Source of the DNA: Promethearchaeota archaeon
GTDB lineage: Archaea > Asgardarchaeota > Lokiarchaeia > Sigyniarchaeales > SOKP01
Assembly (NCBI GenBank): GCA_048941015.1
Contig: JBHLNZ010000012.1
Coordinates: 1 to 64,000 of the forward strand
Reading direction: 5' to 3'
Length of the DNA stretch: 64,000 bases
Shown one piece after another: positions 31,101-38,892 of the stretch (the first letter of the stretch is position 1; every line of letters begins with the position of its first letter). A program made the position numbers and the translations under genes. The notes under the pieces were generated by a model that was not told where the DNA came from, made no database searches, and saw nothing but the letters and a program-made list of their open reading frames with translations.

Positions 31101-33278
31101 TCGTACTGGAATAATGTCTCCAACGAATGCATCAGCGATTAAGTCGAAAATTGCATCGTTAGGTTTAAGAAGTGAAAATGAACTTTCATGTACAACGAGA
31201 AAGCTTGAGTTCAAACCGCCTAAAGAGGTACCATTAGACCAGAATAGTGTATAATCGTATTGACCACCAGTTGTATTCAACGCATCGAAATATAACTCAG
31301 AAAAAAACACCGTTCCATTTAATAAGGGCGCTTTTTCTTCAGTAAACCACATTAATCCATCAGGATCATATACAGTAAAATTCACGGATGTGGAATCAAG
31401 ATTAGCAGGTATCTCATTGCTATAATTAACTTGAGTTTTGATTACGGTTGATTCTCCTGTATTAAATGTTGTACCGGTCCATACTCCTTGCTTTAATAAT
31501 TTTGTGTTTTCTAAATTCAAATAGTTTGGAGAGGTTGCTATGAAACTCCACCATCCTGGATATAATGCATAAGTACTATTAATTTTCAAGAAATCATCTC
31601 CATAATTGCCTCCTTCAAATTCAACATCAAATAAAGTGGGGTCTAATACAGATTTAAAATCCCAATTAATTGGCTTTTCAATAATGACATTAAAATCACT
31701 ATACTGAGAAGGCATATATAGATTGTGGAAAAATTCCCAAATAATAGTACCATTCTTAAGAATATTATAACGTAAACCCTGCTCATTTTGTTGATTAATC
31801 ATTGTTTTAGCATTGTGATATCCTACTAATGTTGTATTTAAATCTAAGGTGAGAGAGGGGGATATTGTTGATAGATTTAAAATTATAGGATTGCTTTCCC
31901 ATAAACTGTTCAAACTTATGTGAGATTCCCCCCATAAATTTCCTTCAATTGGATTTTCTGAATTAATTTTTAACATAATATCGCTTTGACTTGAATTTGC
32001 TATTGAGTTCAGAACTAAGGATACATTATCAAACCATATAAAATTTAGTAATCCATCGGGAGAATTAGTATAAGTCCAACCGATATCAATCTTAAATCCT
32101 ATTGAGATGTTAAAAGTTTGGTATTGTACGTCTGAATCAAAAATATCAGAAGTATTGTCCCATAAATCCATGGTTATTTTTCCTGATTTATGCCAACTCC
32201 TTTTTCCTTGATCATATATTTCTCCCATTCCTTTCGAATATATTTTTTGATTATTTATAGCAACATATATATAATTATCATTAGTCTCTAATCCAAATTC
32301 ACAATAATAATCAAAGCTAACATAAGCTTCTGTTATTGCTTTTCTTGGAACCGTGAAGTTTTGATATATTTCTGAAAAGGCATTATCTTCATATGAAAAT
32401 TCGTTGTAATCAATATAGTCTGCATAAGTAGCTACATAAGCAGCTGTTGTATTCTCAATCTCTCCAATACCATAATAATTTTTACCTGTAGTCCCTATTT
32501 GGTCATAATTAAATCCCCAGTTAGAATTAATTTCTAAATTAGAAGACTCATTAATAAATTCATAATAATCAATATAATAACCATAATACTGAATTATATT
32601 ATCTGATTCATAGTCAAATTTAATCCAGTTTCCTGGAATCCATGGAGTATAAACATCATAGCCACTACTATCATTAACATAATATACTTCATTAAGAGCA
32701 TCATATACATACATATAGTCGTAATCTGGTTCAAATGAAAAATTGACAAAATGAGCTCTCATATATAAAGCGCTTGGTTCATTTATGTAATCTTCAGGAC
32801 TAGATGGATTAGGGTTATTATTTTGTGAATAATTATGAGGTGTCTCCAAAGGAATAGGTAGATATTTCCTAAAAATATTCGGTAATTGAAATCCTGAATT
32901 ATTGACCCAATTTCGGGTATCTTTTATATTTGAGATAGAGGAATTAATCATCGATACTTTCCAATCATGAACATCATCGAGATAATATGTTAAGTTTACT
33001 TGATCCTGATTAGTGACTTCAATATCATCACTTAGTTTATGCAAATTTCCGTAATCAGTAATATTCAATGAATCTTCAAGTCCTTCAAATAAAGGTGAAT
33101 CGCTATCAGAGATTTTAAGATTTCTAAGTTCACTGTATTTATTTTGTTGCTTATATAGATTTAAAGAATTATTAAAAATGCTAGTGCTTAATAAGATACC
33201 TATTAAAATGGTAGAAAAAATCGTTAGTCTAATTAGTATTTTACTTTTTAAAATTTTCTTCTGTAAAAAAATAACCAT
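28167..33278 (-). CDS. Large cell-surface receptor-like protein: CUB-like and Ig-like repeats, TM helix, cytoplasmic longin-like + winged-helix tail
   Basis: N-terminal signal/TM; HFVNFSFEPDYDY...YESDNIIQYYGY CUB-like; ~105-aa beta repeats; TM followed by RRKKK; tail IQAIVVIHKLSGIPLYSK...LFSGFIQAI. Confidence 0.8.
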   Translation of the reverse strand: MVIFLQKKILKSKILIRLTIFSTILIGILLSTSIFNNSLNLYKQQNKYSELRNLKISDSDSPLFEGLEDSLNITDYGNLHKLSDDIEVTNQDQVNLTYYLDDVHDWKVSMINSSISNIKDTRNWVNNSGFQLPNIFRKYLPIPLETPHNYSQNNNPNPSSPEDYINEPSALYMRAHFVNFSFEPDYDYMYVYDALNEVYYVNDSSGYDVYTPWIPGNWIKFDYESDNIIQYYGYYIDYYEFINESSNLEINSNWGFNYDQIGTTGKNYYGIGEIENTTAAYVATYADYIDYNEFSYEDNAFSEIYQNFTVPRKAITEAYVSFDYYCEFGLETNDNYIYVAINNQKIYSKGMGEIYDQGKRSWHKSGKITMDLWDNTSDIFDSDVQYQTFNISIGFKIDIGWTYTNSPDGLLNFIWFDNVSLVLNSIANSSQSDIMLKINSENPIEGNLWGESHISLNSLWESNPIILNLSTISPSLTLDLNTTLVGYHNAKTMINQQNEQGLRYNILKNGTIIWEFFHNLYMPSQYSDFNVIIEKPINWDFKSVLDPTLFDVEFEGGNYGDDFLKINSTYALYPGWWSFIATSPNYLNLENTKLLKQGVWTGTTFNTGESTVIKTQVNYSNEIPANLDSTSVNFTVYDPDGLMWFTEEKAPLLNGTVFFSELYFDALNTTGGQYDYTLFWSNGTSLGGLNSSFLVVHESSFSLLKPNDAIFDLIADAFVGDIIPVRIKLIDSENNNSISNAIISYNWTSGTLLFEEAALGIYEAILDTSDLGSNGFYEILIESSKVGFLDYNLTLKINIGEETSLQRIQSDYDIELHANSTIKFRYYSLFDGEGIDGANIAVNITNPDLYHITNSLGGYYDIEFNTSFINELGIFQLDFNFSAPAFEPQTHIYQFEIIEQSVIISTYIDNVEITQNSIVEVTYMEKLNVSVKSRAIIDNNFLTGGNFTWISNSYQQTLNEYADYWYNASIEINPSIYSPSLNLVTLRFEMEKYQTESFYFQLLVYEQPVNLSVYLNSEQISENQLKEVMFKQNLTISVKAYGDMELDFIDNADIYWISENYLNNFIEYGDNWYNLSFILSSSNFSSGVNTVSIKFEKQNYTTTYFSFQLLVKEQSVQVNASINSAPILENALIEVMFKENITIAAQAYAMGEGIYLSGGNITLIGEYFTFNLYEEISNPSWFTTSIVIDGAYFDLGINTMSIRFKQENYTEAYFSFQFFIVAETVNLSLYVNSNQILPNNLTQVTYYDEFSLSLKALANSEKIFLEGGSATFVIGSHSQDFNENANFWYNTSIFCDPSYFDLGVNIVYVQFNHPNYTSSTFHFLILVNQIDMNALTIDFQDTIESYSGDILTIRINLTESVSANIIENATISYSWKFGLGNFEYLGNGIYEVDLYIPDNVQGSYKVSLIISSDNVLYKAKQTSFIAVISAKQLPNFILWIVLIGLAILISVLGSLSIRSYVIIPRRKKKEAKLLSRTQRFKDLKNIQAIVVIHKLSGIPLYSKSYSILEKQKKELFSGFIQAITTIGEEIAGKGQITEDSDEITVVEKILELDFKYFDCLICDQGDIRIVLVLKEKASDRLKEIIANFSMGLTLQLSRQIENWDGSLDMFETLIPPILENYIELFYKEPFELNSPEYIAQMRKEMELTSMETRVLNVIYSMVKTKNSFYLDYLLEAIHEQNKDKVIDALENLIERKLIISAKK
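29300..30600 (-). repeat. About four tandem ~105-aa Ig-like repeats within the surface protein (approximate bounds)
   Basis: Recurring FQxxxxEQxVxxxxxxN...EVxxxxxxxxSxKA...WYNxS...GxNxxxxxFxxxNY; repeat is visible at protein level only. Confidence 0.7.
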
Positions 33279-33456
33279 AATAAACCCCTGTTACTAAGAC
33301 GTAAATGGTTATAAAGTCAATAAAAGTAAGATTTAATAAATTTAAGCATTCAGATACCTACTAATTCGATTATTGAATAATCATTTTTTATTAATACTAT
33401 TGTTTCTCTTCTTTAAATGGAATACAAAGAAGAATGTCGAATTCTAAAAGTAAGAG

Positions 33457-33774
33457 TTAATTTGGTATTTGATTGGCAAATTCCGTTTTTAAAATAGAAA
33501 GATAAGAAGCTTTATCTTTTTCATTCAATATATTAGTGCTAATACCTCTATTATTGAAGAGATCTGGTGGAACATGCCCAAAAAGAGATATTATTAAAAT
33601 TAATGCATTTTTTACGAATTCTTTATTCTTTGTTCTCTTTAATACTTTCATTAATTCAATAAATGACTTATTTTTCCATATTTCTATAGCATCTTGATCT
33701 ACATTATTACTTTGAAAGAACTCAACTATTTTCAAATAATATTCAAGTTCCATATCTTCACTTTTTTGTGGCAT
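33457..33774 (-). CDS. Hypothetical protein
   Basis: 105-aa ORF, helical composition. Confidence 0.6.
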   Translation of the reverse strand: MPQKSEDMELEYYLKIVEFFQSNNVDQDAIEIWKNKSFIELMKVLKRTKNKEFVKNALILIISLFGHVPPDLFNNRGISTNILNEKDKASYLSILKTEFANQIPN

Positions 33775-33998
33775 ATTATTTTTTAAGCCTTTAATACTAT
33801 ATAGATAACCCTTCTAATAATTTTTAAATGATTTGAGAGACTTACTTTTCTGTTATAATAATCCGTACATAGATTTTATGTATACAAATTTCTTAAAAAC
33901 GTATTAAAACTCAATATTCAATTTTAGAATTTTTATTTTGTTTTATTATCCATTATAGTATTTGGATATCACAAATTTAAAAATTAGTAAAATATAAT

Positions 33999-34997
33999 CT
34001 ATGAACGTTCCAATTCTGGCGGAATGTAAGCATAGGTACTAAAAAAGCGTTTTTTTATATCTTGAATGGTGTATTTTTGTGTTTGAGCACCATCTGTTTC
34101 TACTACAAATGAACCAATAATAGATCCAAGACGACAAGAATCTAATAATGTCATATTTAAAATTAATCCAGATAGAATACCTGCTCTATATCCATCTCCT
34201 GCACCTGTAGTATCTTTCACTTGATTAGGGTTTGCTATAGGTATTATAATATTATAGATATGCCCTGAATCATCTTTATAAATTAGTTCAGATCCCTCTG
34301 ATCCTTTAGTAATAATAACAGCATGCAAATATTGCAAGAGTTCTTTTGTAGTAAGATTGGTTTTATCCTGAACTTGATTAATTTCATAACTATTACCGAT
34401 TAATATTTGAGATTTCTTAATAATCTCCATTAACATCATTTTCGTAAAGAGAGGGGATACTTGTCCAGGATCGAAAATCATGGGAATTTTTAATTCATAT
34501 AATTGGTCAGCAAAATTACCCATTGCATCTATGCTCTGAGTAGAATTGATAGCATAAATATAATTCTCTGGATCTTTAATCTTTTGTCTAAGATCTATAT
34601 CTTTACAGTGATCTAAAGCTCCTCCATGAAAGATTATCATTTGATTCGCCTTCACATCGTTAACAATATAACAGGCAGCAGTAAATAAATCTTCATGAAC
34701 ATCAACCCCAATATCAATATTTTCAAATTTAGATATATGATCCTTATAACCCAACGTCTCGAAATCTTTTCCAACAGAACCAAACACCGATACCTTTGCA
34801 AGATTAAGTAAACCTAAATTATAAACAATATTACCGGCAGTTCCACCAAAATATTGAAAGCGACTATTTGCTGTAACTGTACTTTGATATTCCTGTTTTT
34901 GATGATCTATAGAGACCGCATTAATGAAATTTTCTTCAAATGTCATAATATAATCAAATGCTAGGGAACCTAATACTAGAATTTTGTTTTTTTTCAT
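33999..34997 (-). CDS. PfkB-family kinase, nucleoside/adenosine kinase-like
   Basis: GSLAFD, FGGTAGN, FDPGQ, ITKGSEGS, DTTGAGDGYRAG. Confidence 0.9.
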   Translation of the reverse strand: MKKNKILVLGSLAFDYIMTFEENFINAVSIDHQKQEYQSTVTANSRFQYFGGTAGNIVYNLGLLNLAKVSVFGSVGKDFETLGYKDHISKFENIDIGVDVHEDLFTAACYIVNDVKANQMIIFHGGALDHCKDIDLRQKIKDPENYIYAINSTQSIDAMGNFADQLYELKIPMIFDPGQVSPLFTKMMLMEIIKKSQILIGNSYEINQVQDKTNLTTKELLQYLHAVIITKGSEGSELIYKDDSGHIYNIIIPIANPNQVKDTTGAGDGYRAGILSGLILNMTLLDSCRLGSIIGSFVVETDGAQTQKYTIQDIKKRFFSTYAYIPPELERS

Positions 34998-35122
34998 AAA
35001 ATTTAACCTTAGTTCTACGCTATTAAAATTGGTCTAATAATTTTCTTGAATGTTTTATTAATTAAATCACTTATCAAATTAAATAGTTTTTCTTATAAAT
35101 AATCGATTATAATAAAAGTATC

Positions 35123-35752
35123 ATGAATGATTTGATTAAAACGGTTGATAACTTAAAAAATGATCAAGTTTCAATAATGATTAACTCACGACTTCAAGAA
35201 TTTGAAAGAATTCGAAACCAAGATATAAGACAAATTTTTAAAGAACTTTGTTTTTGTATTATGACAGCTAATTGTGGAGCTGAAAAGTGTATTGAAATTC
35301 ATGAGAAAATTGGAGATGAATTTCTTACCTTAACAGAAGTAGAATTAAAAGAAAAATTTAAAGAATATGGTTATCGCTTTCCAAATGTGAGATCTAAGTT
35401 CATCATTGAAGCAAGAGAGACTAAGCAGGAAATAGAACACAAAATCAAATCTCAAGAGATTCATGATAAAGAATTAAGAAATTGGCTTGTCAAAAATATT
35501 AAAGGACTCGGGTTAAAGGAAGCAAGCCATTTCTTACGAAATATTGGCTTTAAAAATTGTGCTATTATAGATTTCCATATTGTTGATATACTTGTTAAAC
35601 ACGGTTTGGTTGATAAACCAAAAACTATGACAAAAAATAAATATTTAGATATCGAAAATGTTTTAAATAATTTAGGAAAGTCTTTAGACCTAAATATGGC
35701 TGAATTAGATTTATATTTATGGTATTTAGAGACAGGAAAAGTTTTAAAATAA
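35123..35752 (+). CDS. ogg: 8-oxoguanine N-glycosylase/DNA lyase (OGG2 type)
   Basis: ELCFCIMTAN, YRFPN, KGLGLKEASHFLRNIG, AIIDFHI, C-terminal LDLYLWYLETGKVLK. Confidence 0.93.
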   Translation: MNDLIKTVDNLKNDQVSIMINSRLQEFERIRNQDIRQIFKELCFCIMTANCGAEKCIEIHEKIGDEFLTLTEVELKEKFKEYGYRFPNVRSKFIIEARETKQEIEHKIKSQEIHDKELRNWLVKNIKGLGLKEASHFLRNIGFKNCAIIDFHIVDILVKHGLVDKPKTMTKNKYLDIENVLNNLGKSLDLNMAELDLYLWYLETGKVLK

Positions 35753-35777
35753 GATTTAACCCTTTAAATTGAGAAAA

Positions 35778-36056
35778 TTAAATCTTTTTTGATAAACTAT
35801 CTAAAGAAATATCTAAATCGACTTCGGAACGTTTTAATTTCTCAATAAAATGTTTAGCCCCTGCTTCATTTATCATCAATTCAATAAAATTTTCATATAA
35901 GGCTTCGATATTGTCTTGTGCTATTTGAAAATATATACTATCCGGGGGGATTATTATTTTTGATAATTCATATAATCCTTGAATGCATTCTTTCATGTTT
36001 TCAAAATTTATTAATGCTTTTTTCTCGGATTCAAAAATGTTTTCGTTTTGGTTCAT
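35778..36056 (-). CDS. Small helical hypothetical protein, paralog of 51652..51924
   Basis: Shares KExxxGLxExxKI...IYFQxxxDNIxxLxxNxxELM with 51652..51924. Confidence 0.75.
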   Translation of the reverse strand: MNQNENIFESEKKALINFENMKECIQGLYELSKIIIPPDSIYFQIAQDNIEALYENFIELMINEAGAKHFIEKLKRSEVDLDISLDSLSKKI

Positions 36057-36259
36057 TACTCTTTACCTGTTTAAATAGGAAAAAAATTTGAAACTTAAAA
36101 ATTGCAATGTTTTTTTTTATTTTTGTGCTTATGTATCTCTCAAGTAAATAAAAATCAATATTCAAATCAATAAAATAGGTTTTAATAATATTTTAATCGT
36201 GAAATATATCTTTCACGTAATTATAACCTTTTAGCAAAAATTAATAATAAGTAAGGAAT

Positions 36260-36568
36260 CTAATCAATACCAACTAAAACTTTGAATTCTAAATCTTCTT
36301 TACCATCATCCACGGTAACTATATGGTAATCTAAACAAAATTTATCTCTTAATTTTGGAACTAATTGCGAAGCGATAAATTTTTTTCGAATATCTGCATG
36401 TCTGCCGTTCCATAACCATACTGTTTTATTTCCTGAGTCAATGAATAAAAATATTGAGTTTGGCTTTAGTATTTTATATAAGGGTTCATCTTCTATTTCA
36501 ATTCTCTCGAATTCTTCTAATTCATCATTTATTTCAAAAACTTGGTAACTTTTTTCTAATTCTGTAAT
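36260..36568 (-). CDS. Single-domain gelsolin-like protein (not in ORF track; probable ATT start)
   Basis: Manual translation, 102 aa: ITELEKSYQVFEINDELEEFERIEIEDEPLYKILKPNSIFLFIDSGNKTVWLWNGRHADIRKKFIASQLVPKLRDKFCLDYHIVTVDDGKEDLEFKVLVGID*; gelsolin pattern IFLFID...VWLWNG...A...K...TVDDGKE...F; GAGAGGA 6 nt upstream of ATT. Confidence 0.8.
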   Translation of the reverse strand: MTELEKSYQVFEINDELEEFERIEIEDEPLYKILKPNSIFLFIDSGNKTVWLWNGRHADIRKKFIASQLVPKLRDKFCLDYHIVTVDDGKEDLEFKVLVGID

Positions 36569-36725
36569 ACGAAATCCTCTCTAGGATCAGATTAATTTTA
36601 AATATTGGATTCATTGATGAAGAAGTAAATTGCTTTTTTAAGTCTTTTTGAAAATCCCGATAACTTGTCGTGTTTTGCAAAAGTTAAGAATAAAAATCAA
36701 TTGACTAATTTTGAAGAAAATAAAT

Positions 36726-37715
36726 TCAAATAATTAAGTATATCTTTTCTCTATAAAGAATATAAGCGATAATAAAGTTAAACAATACCATAATTATCCC
36801 AATCAAAAATATTAATATAAAATTAATATCAATATGAAAAAGTAAGTAAGGAATATACTTAACAAAGGCTAGGATAATATATAATAAGAGAGTATTTTTA
36901 CCCATTATACTTAAAAAATTTTCTTTTTCAAATATTTTAGATTTCATTTTAAAACCTTCAAACAGGTTGAAAATTATATAGAAAAGTATTGAAGATATTC
37001 CCACAGAAATAAGAATAAATGGGATAGTTATTAAATCCCTATTAAAACCCCAAATCGGTAAAAAAATTAAAGAAAAAATAATTAGTAAATTTCCACCTAA
37101 TAAAATGAATAATTTTTTGGTGTTCGTATATTTTTCAATAATAACACCCGATAAAATTAGAATACTTGTCCAGGCTATAGAACCAAGAATACCACCATGA
37201 GCTGGATCGGCAATTGTGGATTCAAAATGAGGTAGTAAAAACATTTGATGGAAAAGCATCATAGAAATGGAAACTATCAACTTTATAATCCATTTCAATC
37301 TAAGAAATAATAAATAAATTAGACTTATACTACCAAGCATTTGAAGTGTTCCCCATCTTAAGGAAATCCCATCTAATCCTATTTGAATAGTAATAAGTAA
37401 GCCAATTATGATGAGGACTAGGGATCTTCTAATAAAATGAAGATAAGTTTTTAAATATCCTTTTTTAATTAAACGCCGTTCAAAAGAAATTTTATAATTT
37501 AAAGCAAGAGCAAAAACAAAGAGGGGAGCAATAATATCCACATAATTTAATCCAAATCCTATGGTTCCTCTATTCCAACTTGGAGATTGATCAAAATAAG
37601 CAGTACAACTGATGAATATTGTTAGTGTAATAGCAAGTCCTTTGAACACGTCAATACTTATATTCCTTTTAGTTGACAAGCTTCTAAATTTATCATTTTG
37701 TTCTAATTTATTCAT
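36726..37715 (-). CDS. HGSNAT-like (heparan-alpha-glucosaminide N-acetyltransferase family) membrane acyltransferase
   Basis: RNISIDVFKGL, YVDIIAPLFVF, WGTLQ; many TMs. Confidence 0.75.
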   Translation of the reverse strand: MNKLEQNDKFRSLSTKRNISIDVFKGLAITLTIFISCTAYFDQSPSWNRGTIGFGLNYVDIIAPLFVFALALNYKISFERRLIKKGYLKTYLHFIRRSLVLIIIGLLITIQIGLDGISLRWGTLQMLGSISLIYLLFLRLKWIIKLIVSISMMLFHQMFLLPHFESTIADPAHGGILGSIAWTSILILSGVIIEKYTNTKKLFILLGGNLLIIFSLIFLPIWGFNRDLITIPFILISVGISSILFYIIFNLFEGFKMKSKIFEKENFLSIMGKNTLLLYIILAFVKYIPYLLFHIDINFILIFLIGIIMVLFNFIIAYILYREKIYLII

Positions 37716-37731
37716 TTCAATAAATCAAATT

Positions 37732-38724
37732 TTAGATTACAATATACATTTCAACTTTATTCATAAGAAATGCCAATATCCAGATAGCGATAATTGAGAG
37801 AACTCCAGCAATGAAAATTATTAAAAATTGCACGTCTGTTGGAATTATCATGTAAATGATATAAATAATTAAGAAATCAATAAGAAATAACATAAAAGCA
37901 TTTTTTCCTATTATACTCAAAAAATTATCTTGATTAAAAAATTTTAATTTGGTATTCCAATTTTCAAAAAGATAATAAAGTAAATAATATATAACTGAAG
38001 CAATTCCAATACTCACAAATATATATGAAATCGAGATATATGGTCTACTAATTTTCCAAAAAAAGTTTGTTATAATCCCTAAAGCAGTAAGTAAAATCCC
38101 TCCATATAAAAAAGATTCTTTAATTTTTCCATTTATTAAACCCCTTGATATTAATGAAGAGAGAAGCATCATCGATGTCCATGAGAGAATACCGAAAAAT
38201 CCACCTTCAATTCCATTATAAATAACTAAACTAAAATTGGAGTAGAGGATTAATTGGTGTATTACCATCATACAAATTGCTACTAATAACCTTATATATG
38301 GTTTTAATTCTACTAAAAGCAATAATATTAATCCAGAAGTCCCTAATATTTGAAATGTTCCCCAACGAAAAATTATCATTCCTGAAACATAATCTAAGGT
38401 AATTGCATATCCAAGAATTATAAAGATTAAATATCTACGAATAAATCTTATATATGCATTTTTTCTTCCTGCTGACTTTACCCGTCTATTAAAGGAGATT
38501 TCAAAATTTAATGCCAGCATAAAAATAAAAAAAGGAGCAACTAAATCTACATAAGTTAAGCCATAAGGATCTGCGTGTTTACTCCAGGCAGGAACGTTAT
38601 CATATAATGCAAGAGCATTCACAAATACCATTAGCACTACAGATAATCCTTTAAATACATCAATACTTAGATATCTTTTTCTTTCACTTTTTAAATTTCT
38701 TAGAAGGTCATTCATGTTTAACAT
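37732..38724 (-). CDS. HGSNAT-like membrane acyltransferase, tandem paralog
   Basis: RYLSIDVFKGLSVVLMVFVN, WSKHA (His), GLTYVDLVAPFFIF. Confidence 0.8.
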   Translation of the reverse strand: MLNMNDLLRNLKSERKRYLSIDVFKGLSVVLMVFVNALALYDNVPAWSKHADPYGLTYVDLVAPFFIFMLALNFEISFNRRVKSAGRKNAYIRFIRRYLIFIILGYAITLDYVSGMIIFRWGTFQILGTSGLILLLLVELKPYIRLLVAICMMVIHQLILYSNFSLVIYNGIEGGFFGILSWTSMMLLSSLISRGLINGKIKESFLYGGILLTALGIITNFFWKISRPYISISYIFVSIGIASVIYYLLYYLFENWNTKLKFFNQDNFLSIIGKNAFMLFLIDFLIIYIIYMIIPTDVQFLIIFIAGVLSIIAIWILAFLMNKVEMYIVI

Positions 38725-38892
38725 TAAATAGTATTTATATTTTAAAAATAAGAATATAGCTATAAAAATTCAATATGTAATTTATAATTTCAATATTCAA
38801 TATTTTCATTAAAAAAAATTATATAAATTTGAAAAAGAAATAGATCTAATATCGAACTTTATATTAGAAATAACAATACAAGAGAAAAAAAA

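Noticed and set aside
36545-36614. Programmed -1 frameshift at A AAA AAG joining ATG 36614 to the gelsolin frame
   Set aside because: The gelsolin frame is +1 relative to that ATG, so a -1 slip would not reach it
38768-38808. TCAATAT direct repeats in the acx divergent promoter region
   Set aside because: Short AT-rich words are expected by chance at this base composition; no regulator gene adjacent
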